Below are positions 11,739 through 23,989 of a stretch of DNA of 64,000 bases, in pieces. The translations under genes and the position numbers were made by a program. Source of the DNA: Mizuhopecten yessoensis (lineage: Eukaryota); contig NW_018408028.1 in the NCBI RefSeq assembly GCF_002113885.1, positions 556,895-620,894 of the forward strand, written 5' to 3'. The notes beneath the pieces are model-generated. The model did not search any database. It was not told the origin of the DNA and was given only the letters and a program-made list of their open reading frames with translations. Each line of letters begins with the position of its first letter. Position 1 is the first letter of the stretch.

Positions 11739-14700
11739 GTATGTGTAGGGATATCATCGTATAAGACCCGGATGGTTAAGGTATGTGTAGGGATATCATG
11801 ATATAAGACACGGATAGTTTAGGTATGTGTAGGGATATCATCGTATAAGACCCGGATGGTTAAGGTATGTGTAGGGATGTCATGGTATAAGACACGGATA
11901 GTTTAGGTATGTGTAGGGATATCATGGTATAAGACTCGGATGGTTTAGGTATGTGTAGGGATAACATCGTATAAGACACGGAGGGTTTAGGTATGTGTAG
12001 GGATACCATGGTATAAGACACGGAGGGTTTAGGTATGTGTAGGGATATCATTGTATAAGACACGGATGGTTAAGGTATGTGTAGGGATATCATGATATAA
12101 GACACGGATAGTTTAGGTATGTGTAGGGATATCATCGTATAAGAGACGGAGGGTTTAGGTATGTGTAGGGATATCATCGTATAAGAGACGGAGGGTTTAG
12201 GTATGTGTAGGGATATCATGGTATAAGACACTGATGGTTTAGGTATGTGTAGGAATATTGTCGTATAAGACACGGATGGTTTAGGTATGTGTAGGGATAT
12301 CATCGTATAAGACACGGATGGTTTAGGTATGTGTAGGGATATCATCGTATAAGACACGGATGGTTTAGGTATGTGTAGGGATATCATCGTATAAGACACG
12401 GATGGTTTAGGTATGTGTAGGGATATCATCGTATAAGACACGGATGGTTTAGGTATGTGTAGGGATATCATCGTATAAGACACGGATGGTTTAGGTATGT
12501 GTAGGGATATCATCGTATAAGACACGGATGGTTTAGGTATGTGTAGGGATATCATCGTATAAGACACGGATGGTTTAGGTATGTGTAGGGATATCATCGT
12601 ATAAGACACGGATGGTTTAGGTATGTGTAGGGATATCATCGTATAAGACACGGATGGTTTAGGTATGTGTAGGGATATCATCGTATAAGACACGGATGGT
12701 TTAGGTATGTGTAGGGATATCATCGTATAAGACACGGATGGTTTAGGTATGTGTAGGGATATCATCGTATAAGACACGGATGGTTTAGGTATGTGTAGGG
12801 ATATCATCGTATAAGACACGGATGGTTTAGGTATGTGTAGGGATATCATCGTATAAGACACGGATGGTTTAGGTATGTGTAGGGATATCATCGTATAAGA
12901 CACGGATGGTTTAGGTATGTGTAGGGATATCATCGTATAAGACACGGATGGTTTAGGTATGTGTAGGGATATCATCGTATAAGACACGGATGGTTTAGGT
13001 ATGTGTAGGGATATCATCGTATAAGACACGGATGGTTTAGGTATGTGTAGGGATATCATCGTATAAGACACGGATGGTTTAGGTATGTGTAGGGATATCA
13101 TCGTATAAGACACGGATGGTTTAGGTATGTGTAGGGATATCATCGTATAAGACACGGATGGTTTAGGTATGTGTAGGGATATCATCGTATAAGACACGGA
13201 TGGTTTAGGTATGTGTAGGGATATCATCGTATAAGACACGGATGGTTTAGGTATGTGTAGGGATATCATCGTATAAGACACGGATGGTTTAGGTATGTGT
13301 AGGGATATCATCGTATAAGACACGGATGGTTTAGGTATGTGTAGGGATATCATCGTATAAGACACGGATGGTTTAGGTATGTGTAGGGATATCATCGTAT
13401 AAGACACGGATGGTTTAGGTATGTGTAGGGATATCATCGTATAAGACACGGATGGTTTAGGTATGTGTAGGGATATCATCGTATAAGACACGGATGGTTT
13501 AGGTATGTGTAGGGATATCATCGTATAAGACACGGATGGTTTAGGTATGTGTAGGGATATCATCGTATAAGACACGGATGGTTTAGGTATGTGTAGGGAT
13601 ATCATCGTATAAGACACGGATGGTTTAGGTATGTGTAGGGATATCATCGTATAAGACACGGATGGTTTAGGTATGTGTAGGGATATCATCGTATAAGACA
13701 CGGATGGTTTAGGTATGTGTAGGGATATCATCGTATAAGACACGGATGGTTTAGGTATGTGTAGGGATATCATCGTATAAGACACGGATGGTTTAGGTAT
13801 GTGTAGGGATATCATCGTATAAGACACGGATGGTTTAGGTATGTGTAGGGATATCATCGTATAAGACACGGATGGTTTAGGTATGTGTAGGGATATCATC
13901 GTATAAGACACGGATGGTTTAGGTATGTGTAGGGATATCATCGTATAAGACACGGATGGTTTAGGTATGTGTAGGGATATCATCGTATAAGACACGGATG
14001 GTTTAGGTATGTGTAGGGATATCATCGTATAAGACACGGATGGTTTAGGTATGTGTAGGGATATCATCGTATAAGACACGGATGGTTTAGGTATGTGTAG
14101 GGATATCATCGTATAAGACACGGATGGTTTAGGTATGTGTAGGGATATCATCGTATAAGACACGGATGGTTTAGGTATGTGTAGGGATATCATCGTATAA
14201 GACACGGATGGTTTAGGTATGTGTAGGGATATCATCGTATAAGACACGGATGGTTTAGGTATGTGTAGGGATATCATCGTATAAGACACGGATGGTTTAG
14301 GTATGTGTAGGGATATCATCGTATAAGACACGGATGGTTTAGGTATGTGTAGGGATATCATCGTATAAGACACGGATGGTTTAGGTATGTGTAGGGATAT
14401 CATCGTATAAGACACGGATGGTTTAGGTATGTGTAGGGATATCATCGTATAAGACACGGATGGTTTAGGTATGTGTAGGGATATCATCGTATAAGACACG
14501 GATGGTTTAGGTATGTGTAGGGATATCATCGTATAAGACACGGATGGTTTAGGTATGTGTAGGGATATCATCGTATAAGACACGGATGGTTTAGGTATGT
14601 GTAGGGATATCATCGTATAAGACACGGATGGTTTAGGTATGTGTAGGGATATCATCGTATAAGACACGGATGGTTTAGGTATGTGTAGGGATATCATCGT

Positions 14701-16433
14701 ATAAGACACGGATGGTTTAGGTATGTGTAGGGATATCATCGTATAAGACACGGATGGTTTAGGTATGTGTAGGGATATCATCGTATAAGACACGGATGGT
14801 TTAGGTATGTGTAGGGATATCATCGTATAAGACACGGATGGTTTAGGTATGTGTAGGGATATCATCGTATAAGACACGGATGGTTTAGGTATGTGTAGGG
14901 ATATCATCGTATAAGACACGGATGGTTTAGGTATGTGTAGGGATATCATCGTATAAGACACGGATGGTTTAGGTATGTGTAGGGATATCATCGTATAAGA
15001 CACGGATGGTTTAGGTATGTGTAGGGATATCATCGTATAAGACACGGATGGTTTAGGTATGTGTAGGGATATCATCGTATAAGACACGGATGGTTTAGGT
15101 ATGTGTAGGGATATCATCGTATAAGACACGGATGGTTTAGGTATGTGTAGGGATATCATCGTATAAGACACGGATGGTTTAGGTATGTGTAGGGATATCA
15201 TCGTATAAGACACGGATGGTTTAGGTATGTGTAGGGATATCATCGTATAAGACACGGATGGTTTAGGTATGTGTAGGGATATCATCGTATAAGACACGGA
15301 TGGTTTAGGTATGTGTAGGGATATCATCGTATAAGACACGGATGGTTTAGGTATGTGTAGGGATATCATCGTATAAGACACGGATGGTTTAGGTATGTGT
15401 AGGGATATCATCGTATAAGACACGGATGGTTTAGGTATGTGTAGGGATATCATCGTATAAGACACGGATGGTTTAGGTATGTGTAGGGATATCATCGTAT
15501 AAGACACGGATGGTTTAGGTATGTGTAGGGATATCATCGTATAAGACACGGATGGTTTAGGTATGTGTAGGGATATCATCGTATAAGACACGGATGGTTT
15601 AGGTATGTGTAGGGATATCATCGTATAAGACACGGATGGTTTAGGTATGTGTAGGGATATCATCGTATAAGACACGGATGGTTTAGGTATGTGTAGGGAT
15701 ATCATCGTATAAGACACGGATGGTTTAGGTATGTGTAGGGATATCATCGTATAAGACACGGATGGTTTAGGTATGTGTAGGGATATCATCGTATAAGACA
15801 CGGATGGTTTAGGTATGTGTAGGGATATCATCGTATAAGACACGGATGGTTTAGGTATGTGTAGGGATATCATCGTATAAGACACGGATGGTTTAGGTAT
15901 GTGTAGGGATATCATCGTATAAGACACGGATGGTTTAGGTATGTGTAGGGATATCATCGTATAAGACACGGATGGTTTAGGTATGTGTAGGGATATCATC
16001 GTATAAGACACGGATGGTTTAGGTATGTGTAGGGATATCATCGTATAAGACACGGATGGTTTAGGTATGTGTAGGGATATCATCGTATAAGACACGGATG
16101 GTTTAGGTATGTGTAGGGATATCATCGTATAAGACACGGATGGTTTAGGTATGTGTAGGGATATCATCGTATAAGACACGGATGGTTTAGGTATGTGTAG
16201 GGATATCATCGTATAAGACACGGATGGTTTAGGTATGTGTAGGGATATCATCGTATAAGACACGGATGGTTTAGGTATGTGTAGGGATATCATGGTATAA
16301 GACACGGATGGTTTAGGTATGTGTAGGGATATCATCGTATAAGACACGGATGGTTTAGGTATGTGTAGGGATATCATCGTATAACTAGACACCGATGGTT
16401 TAGGTATGTGTAGGGATATCATCGAAAAAGACA
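11721..16433 (+). repeat. 42-bp minisatellite (aagacacggatggtttaggtatgtgtagggatatcatcgtat), about 112 copies, built from the WASHC2 exon/intron junction
   Basis: About 4.7 kb / 42 bp; centre essentially invariant, edges variant; first unit overlaps the coding exon end. Confidence 0.97.
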
Positions 16434-17051
16434 TGGTTACTTAAACCTCTTGTCAGACACATATTATACTGGGAAATATTGCCTTTTTCGCCCTCCATAA
16501 TGAGGTTGAATTTATCATTACAGCCAACCTTAGTCAACAACATAATATACATAGTAATAAAATGTGAAGGACGAATTTAACACTGGGCAAATATGGATTA
16601 TACCGGCAAAGGGTGAAAGTTTCCTGGTAAAGAGTAATTGTAACTTTTATACATTGTACAAGCATGGAACAAATTATTGTGAATCGGTTATTACAAAAGG
16701 TGTTCCAATGGTACTAATGTACATGTGTTTCCATTACACAGCCCCGAGATAAATCTACCAAAAATGCTGTAATAAACTCCCCACAGCCAGAACTACGGTA
16801 CTGTTCAATCAGGGACAAATCATGTTGTCATGTCATATTCTAACTATGACGGAAATTCACAGATGATTTATGGTCATTTAGATTTGTCTGTGTGAAATAT
16901 CCATTTTAGTATTTGGCTGCAAAATAAACATCCCAATTTGAAATCAAATGTAGATTCTTTTATTCTTCCCTATTGAAGTTATTCATGAACAAAAACACTG
17001 ATTTACAAGCCAAATTGATCATCAATACATACTTGTTCTCCCTTGTTGCAG

Positions 17052-17185
17052 ACGACATCTTTGCCAGTGCTCCACCCAAAACCAAGACAACCAAGAAGGA
17101 GAAAGCCAAGAAAACCGCTCCAGCCGCTGAGAAAAAGACTGGTGCGGATTCAAATGATATTTTTGATGATCCCCTCGGCAACTAA
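17052..17185 (+). CDS. WASHC2: WASHC2 last coding exon (DDIFASAPP...SNDIFDDPLGN*)
   Basis: ttgcag acceptor in phase 1; FAM21-type IFDDPL terminus, TAA at 17183-17185. Confidence 0.92.
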
Positions 17186-17989
17186 TTAAACAAGATGGCC
17201 ACCTCTTTAAACACGTAGCCTTGAACTGATGATGTTGTGGTGACCTCTAGGATAACCATGTGGTCACCTTGGTGAAGAATATGACTAGGAAGAAATGACC
17301 TTCATCTTTATTGTGTGACCTTGATGGTAAAACATTCTCCAAAGAGTGACCTTGGCAAGAAAGTTATGACCTTCATCTTGGATATTTTACCTTGATGATG
17401 AAACAATTGCTTAGCAATTACCTTGACCAGGAATCCATGACTATCTTGTGTGCTGAACATTGCTTAAGGAATAACTTTGATTGTTTTGGGGGTTATACGG
17501 TATATACCGAAAAATCTGTATGGACTTTGCATAAAGCCCACATATATAACGAAAGAAGTCATAGTTATTCCTTATAATTAAATTCAGAAAGACAGACAGC
17601 ACTACTTTGTCTATAGTTAATGAGTATTTATTTATTTATGATAAAAACAAAATTCCCACAAAACACAGCATTGTGGTGTAGTATCATTGCTGAGCCACTC
17701 AATTAATCAGAAATTAGAATTACAAACACAGTGCCAAACATTGCAGTATACAATGTCATCTGTTTTTGTGTTTATGTGTACAGGGAAAACTTCTGAATTC
17801 AAACCGAGAAATATATGTGATTTAAAATGATTTTTTGTGACTTTTCTCGATCAGCAAAATTAATACAATTACACTAGAATGAAATGTATTTTTGATCGTA
17901 GTTTTTCGAGGGTACGAAAGGAAACAGATATATTATATTACTTGGCCTGATAAAACATTTTTAAATACTGTAATGTACCTGATATCTTA

Positions 17990-18500
17990 TTTACACCCCA
18001 TCTACAAAGGAGCTTGGGTTATTCTGTTTTTCGTCCCATCCTTCTGTCTATCTGTCTGTTAGTGATTGTCTCCACTCCAGAGAGCTCATGATATTATTTT
18101 ATCAAACTTGATGCAACGTTTCAGGACGTTGAATGTGGTTCTCTTACAACTGGTCATAAAAGCGTTCCCAAAGCACTTGGTTTTCTACAGTGTATGTTTA
18201 AATTACACAAAAGAGTGAGTTTCAAAGTACTCTATTCAAGGTCAAGGTCACTGTTTCTTAAAATAAAATCTTTGCCATCACTCTAGAAAGCTTATTTCAG
18301 ATTGCAGTTTAGTATATCAATATCTTGACTGATTTTTAGAAAGCTTATTTCAGAACGCAATTAAGTATTTCAATATCTTAACTGAATTTTAGAAAGCTTT
18401 TATCAGATTGCAGTTAAGTATCAGGTATATCAATATCTTGACAGAATTTTAGAAAGCTTTTATCAGATTGTAAGTATTTCAGTATCTTCACAGAATACAT
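17990..18500 (+). mobile_element. HINE-like element with internal ~52-bp tandem repeats (18283-18500)
   Basis: tctgtctatctgtctg tract, ggtcaaggtcactg core motif, repeated tagaaagctt...cagattgcag. Confidence 0.45.
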
Positions 18501-18951
18501 ATTTACCAATGTATTACGTGGACCAGATTCAGGTCAGATTTGAATGGATATAAGTAAGTATTACCAGTCATCAACATTATACTTAGTGCAATAATGGACT
18601 TTAAACATCACAGCATTTGTGACATTAACTACACATTTATAATTCATGGGTTACCTGATTTTCACCACTGGTACCATTTACCTACCTGTGGGCATTAACA
18701 ATTATACATCACACAAGTTATTGTGTATTGTTGTTACCTAAACAGGATGGCAGAGAAATTGTGTAAGCGTTCCTCACTTCCTTTTGTTGAAAATGTAAGG
18801 TTTTATAAAGAAAGTAAGAAAGTATGTACCAGTGTTCTGACTTCAGATATGAATTGATATGTTGTTAAATACTTCATCCTGTTTTGTATATATGTAGAAA
18901 CCCATTCCCTCCAATGTACAATGTCCTGCCTGAGTATATAATACTGACATT

Positions 18952-19950
18952 CCTTGTGTAATACCGGTACCACACACACAGAGTGTACCTTGTGTTATAC
19001 CGGTACCACACACATACAGTGTCACTTATGTAATACAGGTACCACACACACACAGTGTACCTTGTGTAATAACAGTACCACACATACGGTGTACCTTGTG
19101 TAATACCGGTACCACACACATACGGTGTACCTTGTGTAATAACGGTACCACACACAGTGTACCTTGTGTAATACCGGTACCACACACACACAGTGTACCT
19201 TGTGTTATACCGGTACCACACACATACAGTGTAACTTATGTAATACAGGTACCACACACACACAGTGTACCTTGTGTAATACCGGTACCACACATACGGT
19301 GTACCTTGTGTAATACCGGTACCATACACACACAGTGTACCTTGTGTAATACCGGTACCACAGACAGTGTACCTTGTGTAATACCGGTACCACGCACACA
19401 GTGTACCTTGTGTATTACCGGTACCATACACACACAGTGTACCTTGTGTAATACCGGTACACATTGTTATCACACATTTACAGTGTACCTTGTGTAATAC
19501 CGGTACACATTGTTATCGCACACACACAGTGTACCTTGTGTAATACCGGCACACATTGTTATCACACATTTACAATGTACCTTGTGTAATTCCGGTACAC
19601 ATTGTTATCACACAGGTACGGTTTGCCTTGTGTAATAACGGTACCACACACACACAGTGTACCTTGTGTAATACAGGTCCCTCACACACACACAGTGTAC
19701 CTTGTGTAATACCGGCACACATTGTTATCACACATTTACAATGTACCTTGTGTAATACCGGTACACATTGTTCTCACACATGTACAGTGTACCTTGTGTA
19801 ATACCGGTACACATTGTTATCACACATTTACAATGTACCTTGTGTAATACCGGTACACATTGTTATCACACATGTACGGTGTACCTTGTGTAATACCGGT
19901 ACACATTGTTATCACATATGTAGTGTACCTTGTGTAATATCGGTACACAT
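18952..19950. repeat. ~33-43-bp minisatellite (cagtgtaccttgtgtaataccggtac + CA tract), two unit variants in succession
   Basis: Direct tandem units; the unit changes to a longer 'acattgttatc' form at about 19460. Confidence 0.92.
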
Positions 19951-20351
19951 TTTTATAGGCGTGTGTCAATACATGGTTATAATATATATATATCTTTATT
20001 GCATAGAAATAAATGTATTTTGATTGGATAAAACTTTGTAGTTAATTCTAATGTTAACTGAATGTGTATTCAGAGACCAAAATGAGACCACATTTTGACT
20101 TCTGAATACAGATATGATCCCAGTAATGGTTCCTCTCTACAGGTTTGGTTCCTAAAGGGTGCATGTCTCTCAATACAGGTTTTACTGCTGGAAACCACTG
20201 ATAGTTCCCAAGGTATTTCTTTATTAGCGAAAAAGTCATTGACAAATTCAAGTTACTTGCTTCCTGACCAAGATAAGGTTACTTTATAGCCCACCATCAT
20301 TTGATTGTTGGCTGTCCAAATTGTTCTTTGTCCATGTTCCATTGTCAAGTC

Positions 20352-20845
20352 AGAACACCTGTCCTGAGAGAACATTTCTTGAGACTCATGAACACCTGCT
20401 TTTGAGAGAATACCTGTCATGAGAAGAACACCTGTCTTGAGAGAGAACACCTGTTCTGAGAGAACACCTGTCAAATGAAAACACCTGTTTTGAGAGAGAG
20501 AACACCTGCCAAATGAAAACACCTGTTTTGAGAAGGAACACCTGTCCTGAGAGAACATCTCTTAAGAGACCACCTGTCCCGAGAGGGCACTTGTACTGAG
20601 AGAATACTTGTCCTGAGAAAACACCTGCTTTTGAGAAAACACCTGTTTTTGAGAGAACACCTGATTTGAGAAGAACACCTGTTCTGTGAGAATACCTGTC
20701 CTGATAGAATATCTATCCAGAGAAAACACCTGCTTTTGAGAGAACACCTGTCTTTGGAATACACATGTTCTGAGAGAACACCTGTTTTTGAGAGAACACC
20801 TGTCCTGAGAGAACACCTGTTTTTGAGAGAGAGAGAACTCCTGCT
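20352..20845. repeat. Degenerate ~18-20-bp minisatellite (gagaacacctgt(c/t)(c/t)tga)
   Basis: Many aacacctg units. Confidence 0.88.
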
Positions 20846-21107
20846 GTGACAACCTTTGGATGTTAAATTTCAAGTAGGAAAACCACATGGAATTCAAATA
20901 CACATTAAAATATCAATATTGTATCCTAAAGAAAATTATGAATAACAAGAGTATTGCAGGGAATACAATTTGATGTGATATAGAAGAACCAAGTTATGTA
21001 ACATTTAATATTTTTTTATTACACCAAAACAAATCCTTATTTTTGTAGAATATTCAATGAATGGTTTTGTTATTAATTATAAAACGAACTAAATTAACAG
21101 TACAGAG

Positions 21108-21868
21108 TTATCCTTCCTGGGACCAACCAGTATCCTTGGTCAGGTCTTGCGACATATCATGTGACTGAGAAAGTTCTGATATGTCATGTGACTGAGAAAG
21201 TTCTGATATGTCATGTGACCTAGGAACGTCCTGTGATAGAGATGAGTCATGTGACCCCTGACGTAGATCCTCTCGCTGAAGCCTGAGGTGTACTCTCTCC
21301 ATGGCCTTGGAATGTGAAGCCACATCATGTGACACAGACACGTTTCCTTCGGTATGTGAATCCACATCCATGGCAGTAGTATGTGAAACACTGACACTTG
21401 AATCACCTCCAGAAGTTTGTGAAGCACCGGGACTGTCCATTAGATGAGACACATTTCCTGAAGTCTCAAAACCTAACAGAGAGCTACTTTTGTCCAGCTG
21501 CCATAGTAGCATTGACCTACTTTTATCTAGGTCACAAGACAACAGTGACCTAGTCTTTTCAATGTCACTTGAATGTTGTACAGATTCTTGTGATGTTTCA
21601 TCATCTTCTTCATTTGTTTCTAATTTCTTTTGACTAATCCGTTTTTCTCTCTGTCGTTCATTTTTCCACCATATTTTGACCTTGGCAGCAGTGACCTTGG
21701 GCCTTTCTAAGCGCACATGACCTTTATTGAGTTCGTCTGCGAAGTTTTTAAGTTTTGCGTTTGTGGGATTCTTACATTGTTTGTACCACTTCCTCATCTG
21801 AGGCACCTCGTGTTCTGGGTGGAAGGTCATTCGAGTGTCCCTAGGACTGGACTTGTCTTCTGAGAAAC
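21108..21868 (-). CDS. SATB-like arm terminal exon B3: one Dve-type homeodomain plus Ser/His-rich tail
   Basis: ttgttccag acceptor in phase 1, in frame with ORF 21108..21830; HD TRMTFHPEHEVPQMRKWY...KVKIWWKNERQREKR. Confidence 0.88.
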
Positions 21869-22192
21869 CTGGAACAAAGGGTAATCTTAGTATAACAACA
21901 GCTCTATAACAGTATTGTTTTATTTACTTTGTTACACGTTTCTACAATATTGACTGCTTTTTCAATGTTATTTCATGTTCCAGTACATGAACAAATGATG
22001 ATGATATTCAGGACAAAGGCCATATCAGGGCACACAGTTTACAACATGGTTCTTTATAATAAATATGTTTTACTGTTGAACATTGGCAGATTTTTATTCA
22101 AGCAAAATATCTGGGCAGGAAATATATCTTCCTTTTCACATTAAAATATTTCTTAATTGGATTAATGCAAAATAATGAAAATTATATTAAAA

Positions 22193-22420
22193 CGTGGTCA
22201 GATGACGTTGTGCACTTGTCTTCCACCAAGGCGCCCAGGTTTTGAGGCTCTGTTTGGCCATGAGAAGGTATTGGTTCACCTTCCCTACCATGTGGGTTTT
22301 CTCTGGGTATTCCACTTTTCTCCCACATTAAGACTCGTTGTCCACTACCATCCTGGCCAACAGGAGTGGCTAATATACGGGTTTGTTGACCGAACCTGTT
22401 TTATTATTGTTGTTACAAAT
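22193..22420 (+). mobile_element. Degenerate tRNA-derived SINE with V-domain-like core, in the intron between exons B2 and B3
   Basis: gtgggttttctctgggtattccacttttctcccaca resembles the V-SINE core GGGTTTTCTCCGGGTACTCCGGTTTCCTCCCACA. Confidence 0.6.
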
Positions 22421-22429
22421 ATAGTTTAC

Positions 22430-22535
22430 CTCTGACATGTTGGATCTTAATTTTGTACCAATCCCCAAACTCACGGCACTTCTCTGCACTCAGCTTGCTC
22501 TCATACTTCCAGTTGGCTATGTAGGAGATTGTTGA
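22430..22535 (-). CDS. SATB-like arm exon B2: CUTL second half (STISYIANWKYESKLSAEKCREFGDWYKIKIQHVR), phase 0->1
   Basis: ttctcttag acceptor, GAG|gtaaac donor; matches SATB [8 protein letters not shown]...[13 protein letters not shown] (recalled). Confidence 0.88.
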
Positions 22536-22950
22536 CTAAGAGAAAAGAAGATGTACACTTAAAATATCTAGTGAGTGAGGAATGTTAATGTGAAGAAACA
22601 TGTAGTGGTTCTGTGAGAAAAAAGGTTTCAAATTTATCACCGTACATTTTGGAATTTTTTTTCTTCTAATTTCAGCTGTTAAATTTCATCTTTTAATTTT
22701 TTGTAACTTTGTTTAGACCTAGTAGCTTCAACTCAATTGGCATCACAGAGGTCTGAAACTTTGATGTTCTGACCATGATCTGAAAATTCACAAGGTACAA
22801 AAATTCATGAGTTTTGAAGCATTTGTGAAAAAAGTGAAATAGAAACCTTTGTGAATATTAGCAACTTTTCAAAAGTCCTATCAAAAGTCCGATCTACACA
22901 GGTTTCTTACATGTAAAAAGACACAGTAAAACACTCAATTAAAATTGTAC

Positions 22951-23068
22951 CTGAGTCAGTGGACATTCCTTGGCTAGAGCAGACTGACTGGATTCCCTAA
23001 GTAGGGAAAGGACGGCACACCTTACAGAATGGTCAGTCCAGGTATCGGGCACGGTGAACCCAGAGGAA
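22951..23068 (-). CDS. SATB-like arm exon B1: CUTL first half (SSGFTVPDTWTDHSVRCAVLSLLRESSQSALAKECPLTQ), phase 2->0
   Basis: tttacag acceptor, CAG|gtacaa donor; QSALAKECPLTQ closely matches SATB1/2 CUTL [12 protein letters not shown] (recalled). Confidence 0.88.
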
Positions 23069-23148
23069 CTGTAAATACAGGAACAAGTAAAGTTGTGCTG
23101 GAATAAGAAGAATGCTTATATAGATGAAACTTAATTACAGTAGACAGA

Positions 23149-23424
23149 CCTGGCCCCGTATTCAGGAAACCATTCTCATGCTCAAGCATGGATTATGTGA
23201 TCATGCCAACTTTCTCGTAACTCACTTAAATTAGGTGTCACAATCACAGAGTCAATTGTTATCAATGTAAACTGTAACAGTTTATAGTCTATCCAATTTT
23301 TACATAATTTTGACAAAATGTGATTTAATTTATCTAAATTTATCTCCTTAACAAGATAAATATTATGTTTGAGCACTGAATGTGAGTTTGAGCATGAGAA
23401 CGGTGTCATGAATACAGGCCCAGG
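23149..23424. mobile_element. MITE with ~37-bp TIRs (Harbinger-like ends)
   Basis: cctggccccgtattcaggaaaccattctcatgctcaa / ttgagcatgagaacggtgtcatgaatacaggcccagg. Confidence 0.75.
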
Positions 23425-23454
23425 ATTTGACCTGTGACTAATTTGATCTGCCTG

Positions 23455-23545
23455 TTAACTCATTCACCCCTACATGTTTATATTGGACTTGCCCAGTCTT
23501 TGATTTGGTAAGACTCAAATGTGACTTTAGGGGTGAATGGGTTAA
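23455..23545. mobile_element. ~90-bp TTAA-flanked hairpin MITE, family 1
   Basis: ttaactcattcacccct...aggggtgaatgggttaa; related copies elsewhere in the window. Confidence 0.8.
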
Positions 23546-23989
23546 TAAGCAAATCGACCCAGCTGAGATCTTCTATATTCTTCCTTCCATTAACAAATCC
23601 TTTACAAACATATAATCTAATGTGAATATAACTAATTCGGCACCAAACTTAAGAGGAGCAGAAAAAGTTAACTACCAGTTGGAAATTTCAAATTAAAGAC
23701 TGTCCAGGAGTTCTTAACCCTGCTACATTGATAATCTTCCGACCTTCCCATTGGTGAGTCCTGGATTATCTGTTAAGGAAACTTGAGATTTGAGCTTTAT
23801 TTAATAGATATAAGCTTGATCATCTCAATTTTTGTTGAAAAATTCTTTTACGTTTCTTTCTAAAGTGAAGTAAAAATAAAAAAATAAAAAAAAATAAAAA
23901 AGTTTACGTACAGATTTTCAAGGTTTCTAAACCAGAATTTCCTTTGAATTTTGATTTGGATATATCTATTGCGATGGTAAGAAGCACTT

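Larger units (their letters stand above)
67..17185 (+). other. WASHC2: WASH complex subunit 2 (FAM21) gene, 3' portion (16 coding exons; 5' end lies before the window)
   Basis: Exons joined at GT-AG sites with consistent phases give one ORF with many L-F-acidic (LFa) repeats, the INPAALLPG...LHSASKDRARIQTKRRPPSR capping-protein-interaction motif and the C-terminus SNDIFDDPLGN*. Confidence 0.93.

Noticed and set aside
11721-16433. CRISPR-like array
   Set aside because: Head-to-tail identical units with no unique spacers, eukaryotic context, no cas genes; the same applies to the other arrays.
12070-16434. 1454-aa ORF (SYTMISLHIPKPSV)n on the - strand
   Set aside because: By-product of a 42-bp unit (a multiple of 3) lacking a stop in one antisense frame; the unit derives from the + strand splice junction and there is no unique flanking coding sequence.
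18843-20903. Multiple Cys/Tyr-rich ORFs
   Set aside because: Translations of minisatellites in all frames; the same holds for ORFs at 6001, 7412, 24210, 25297-27055 and 44321-44717.
21108-21830. Stand-alone single-exon 240-aa homeobox gene
   Set aside because: The frame stays open upstream of the Met to a good acceptor at 21869 and joins two CUTL exons in phase.
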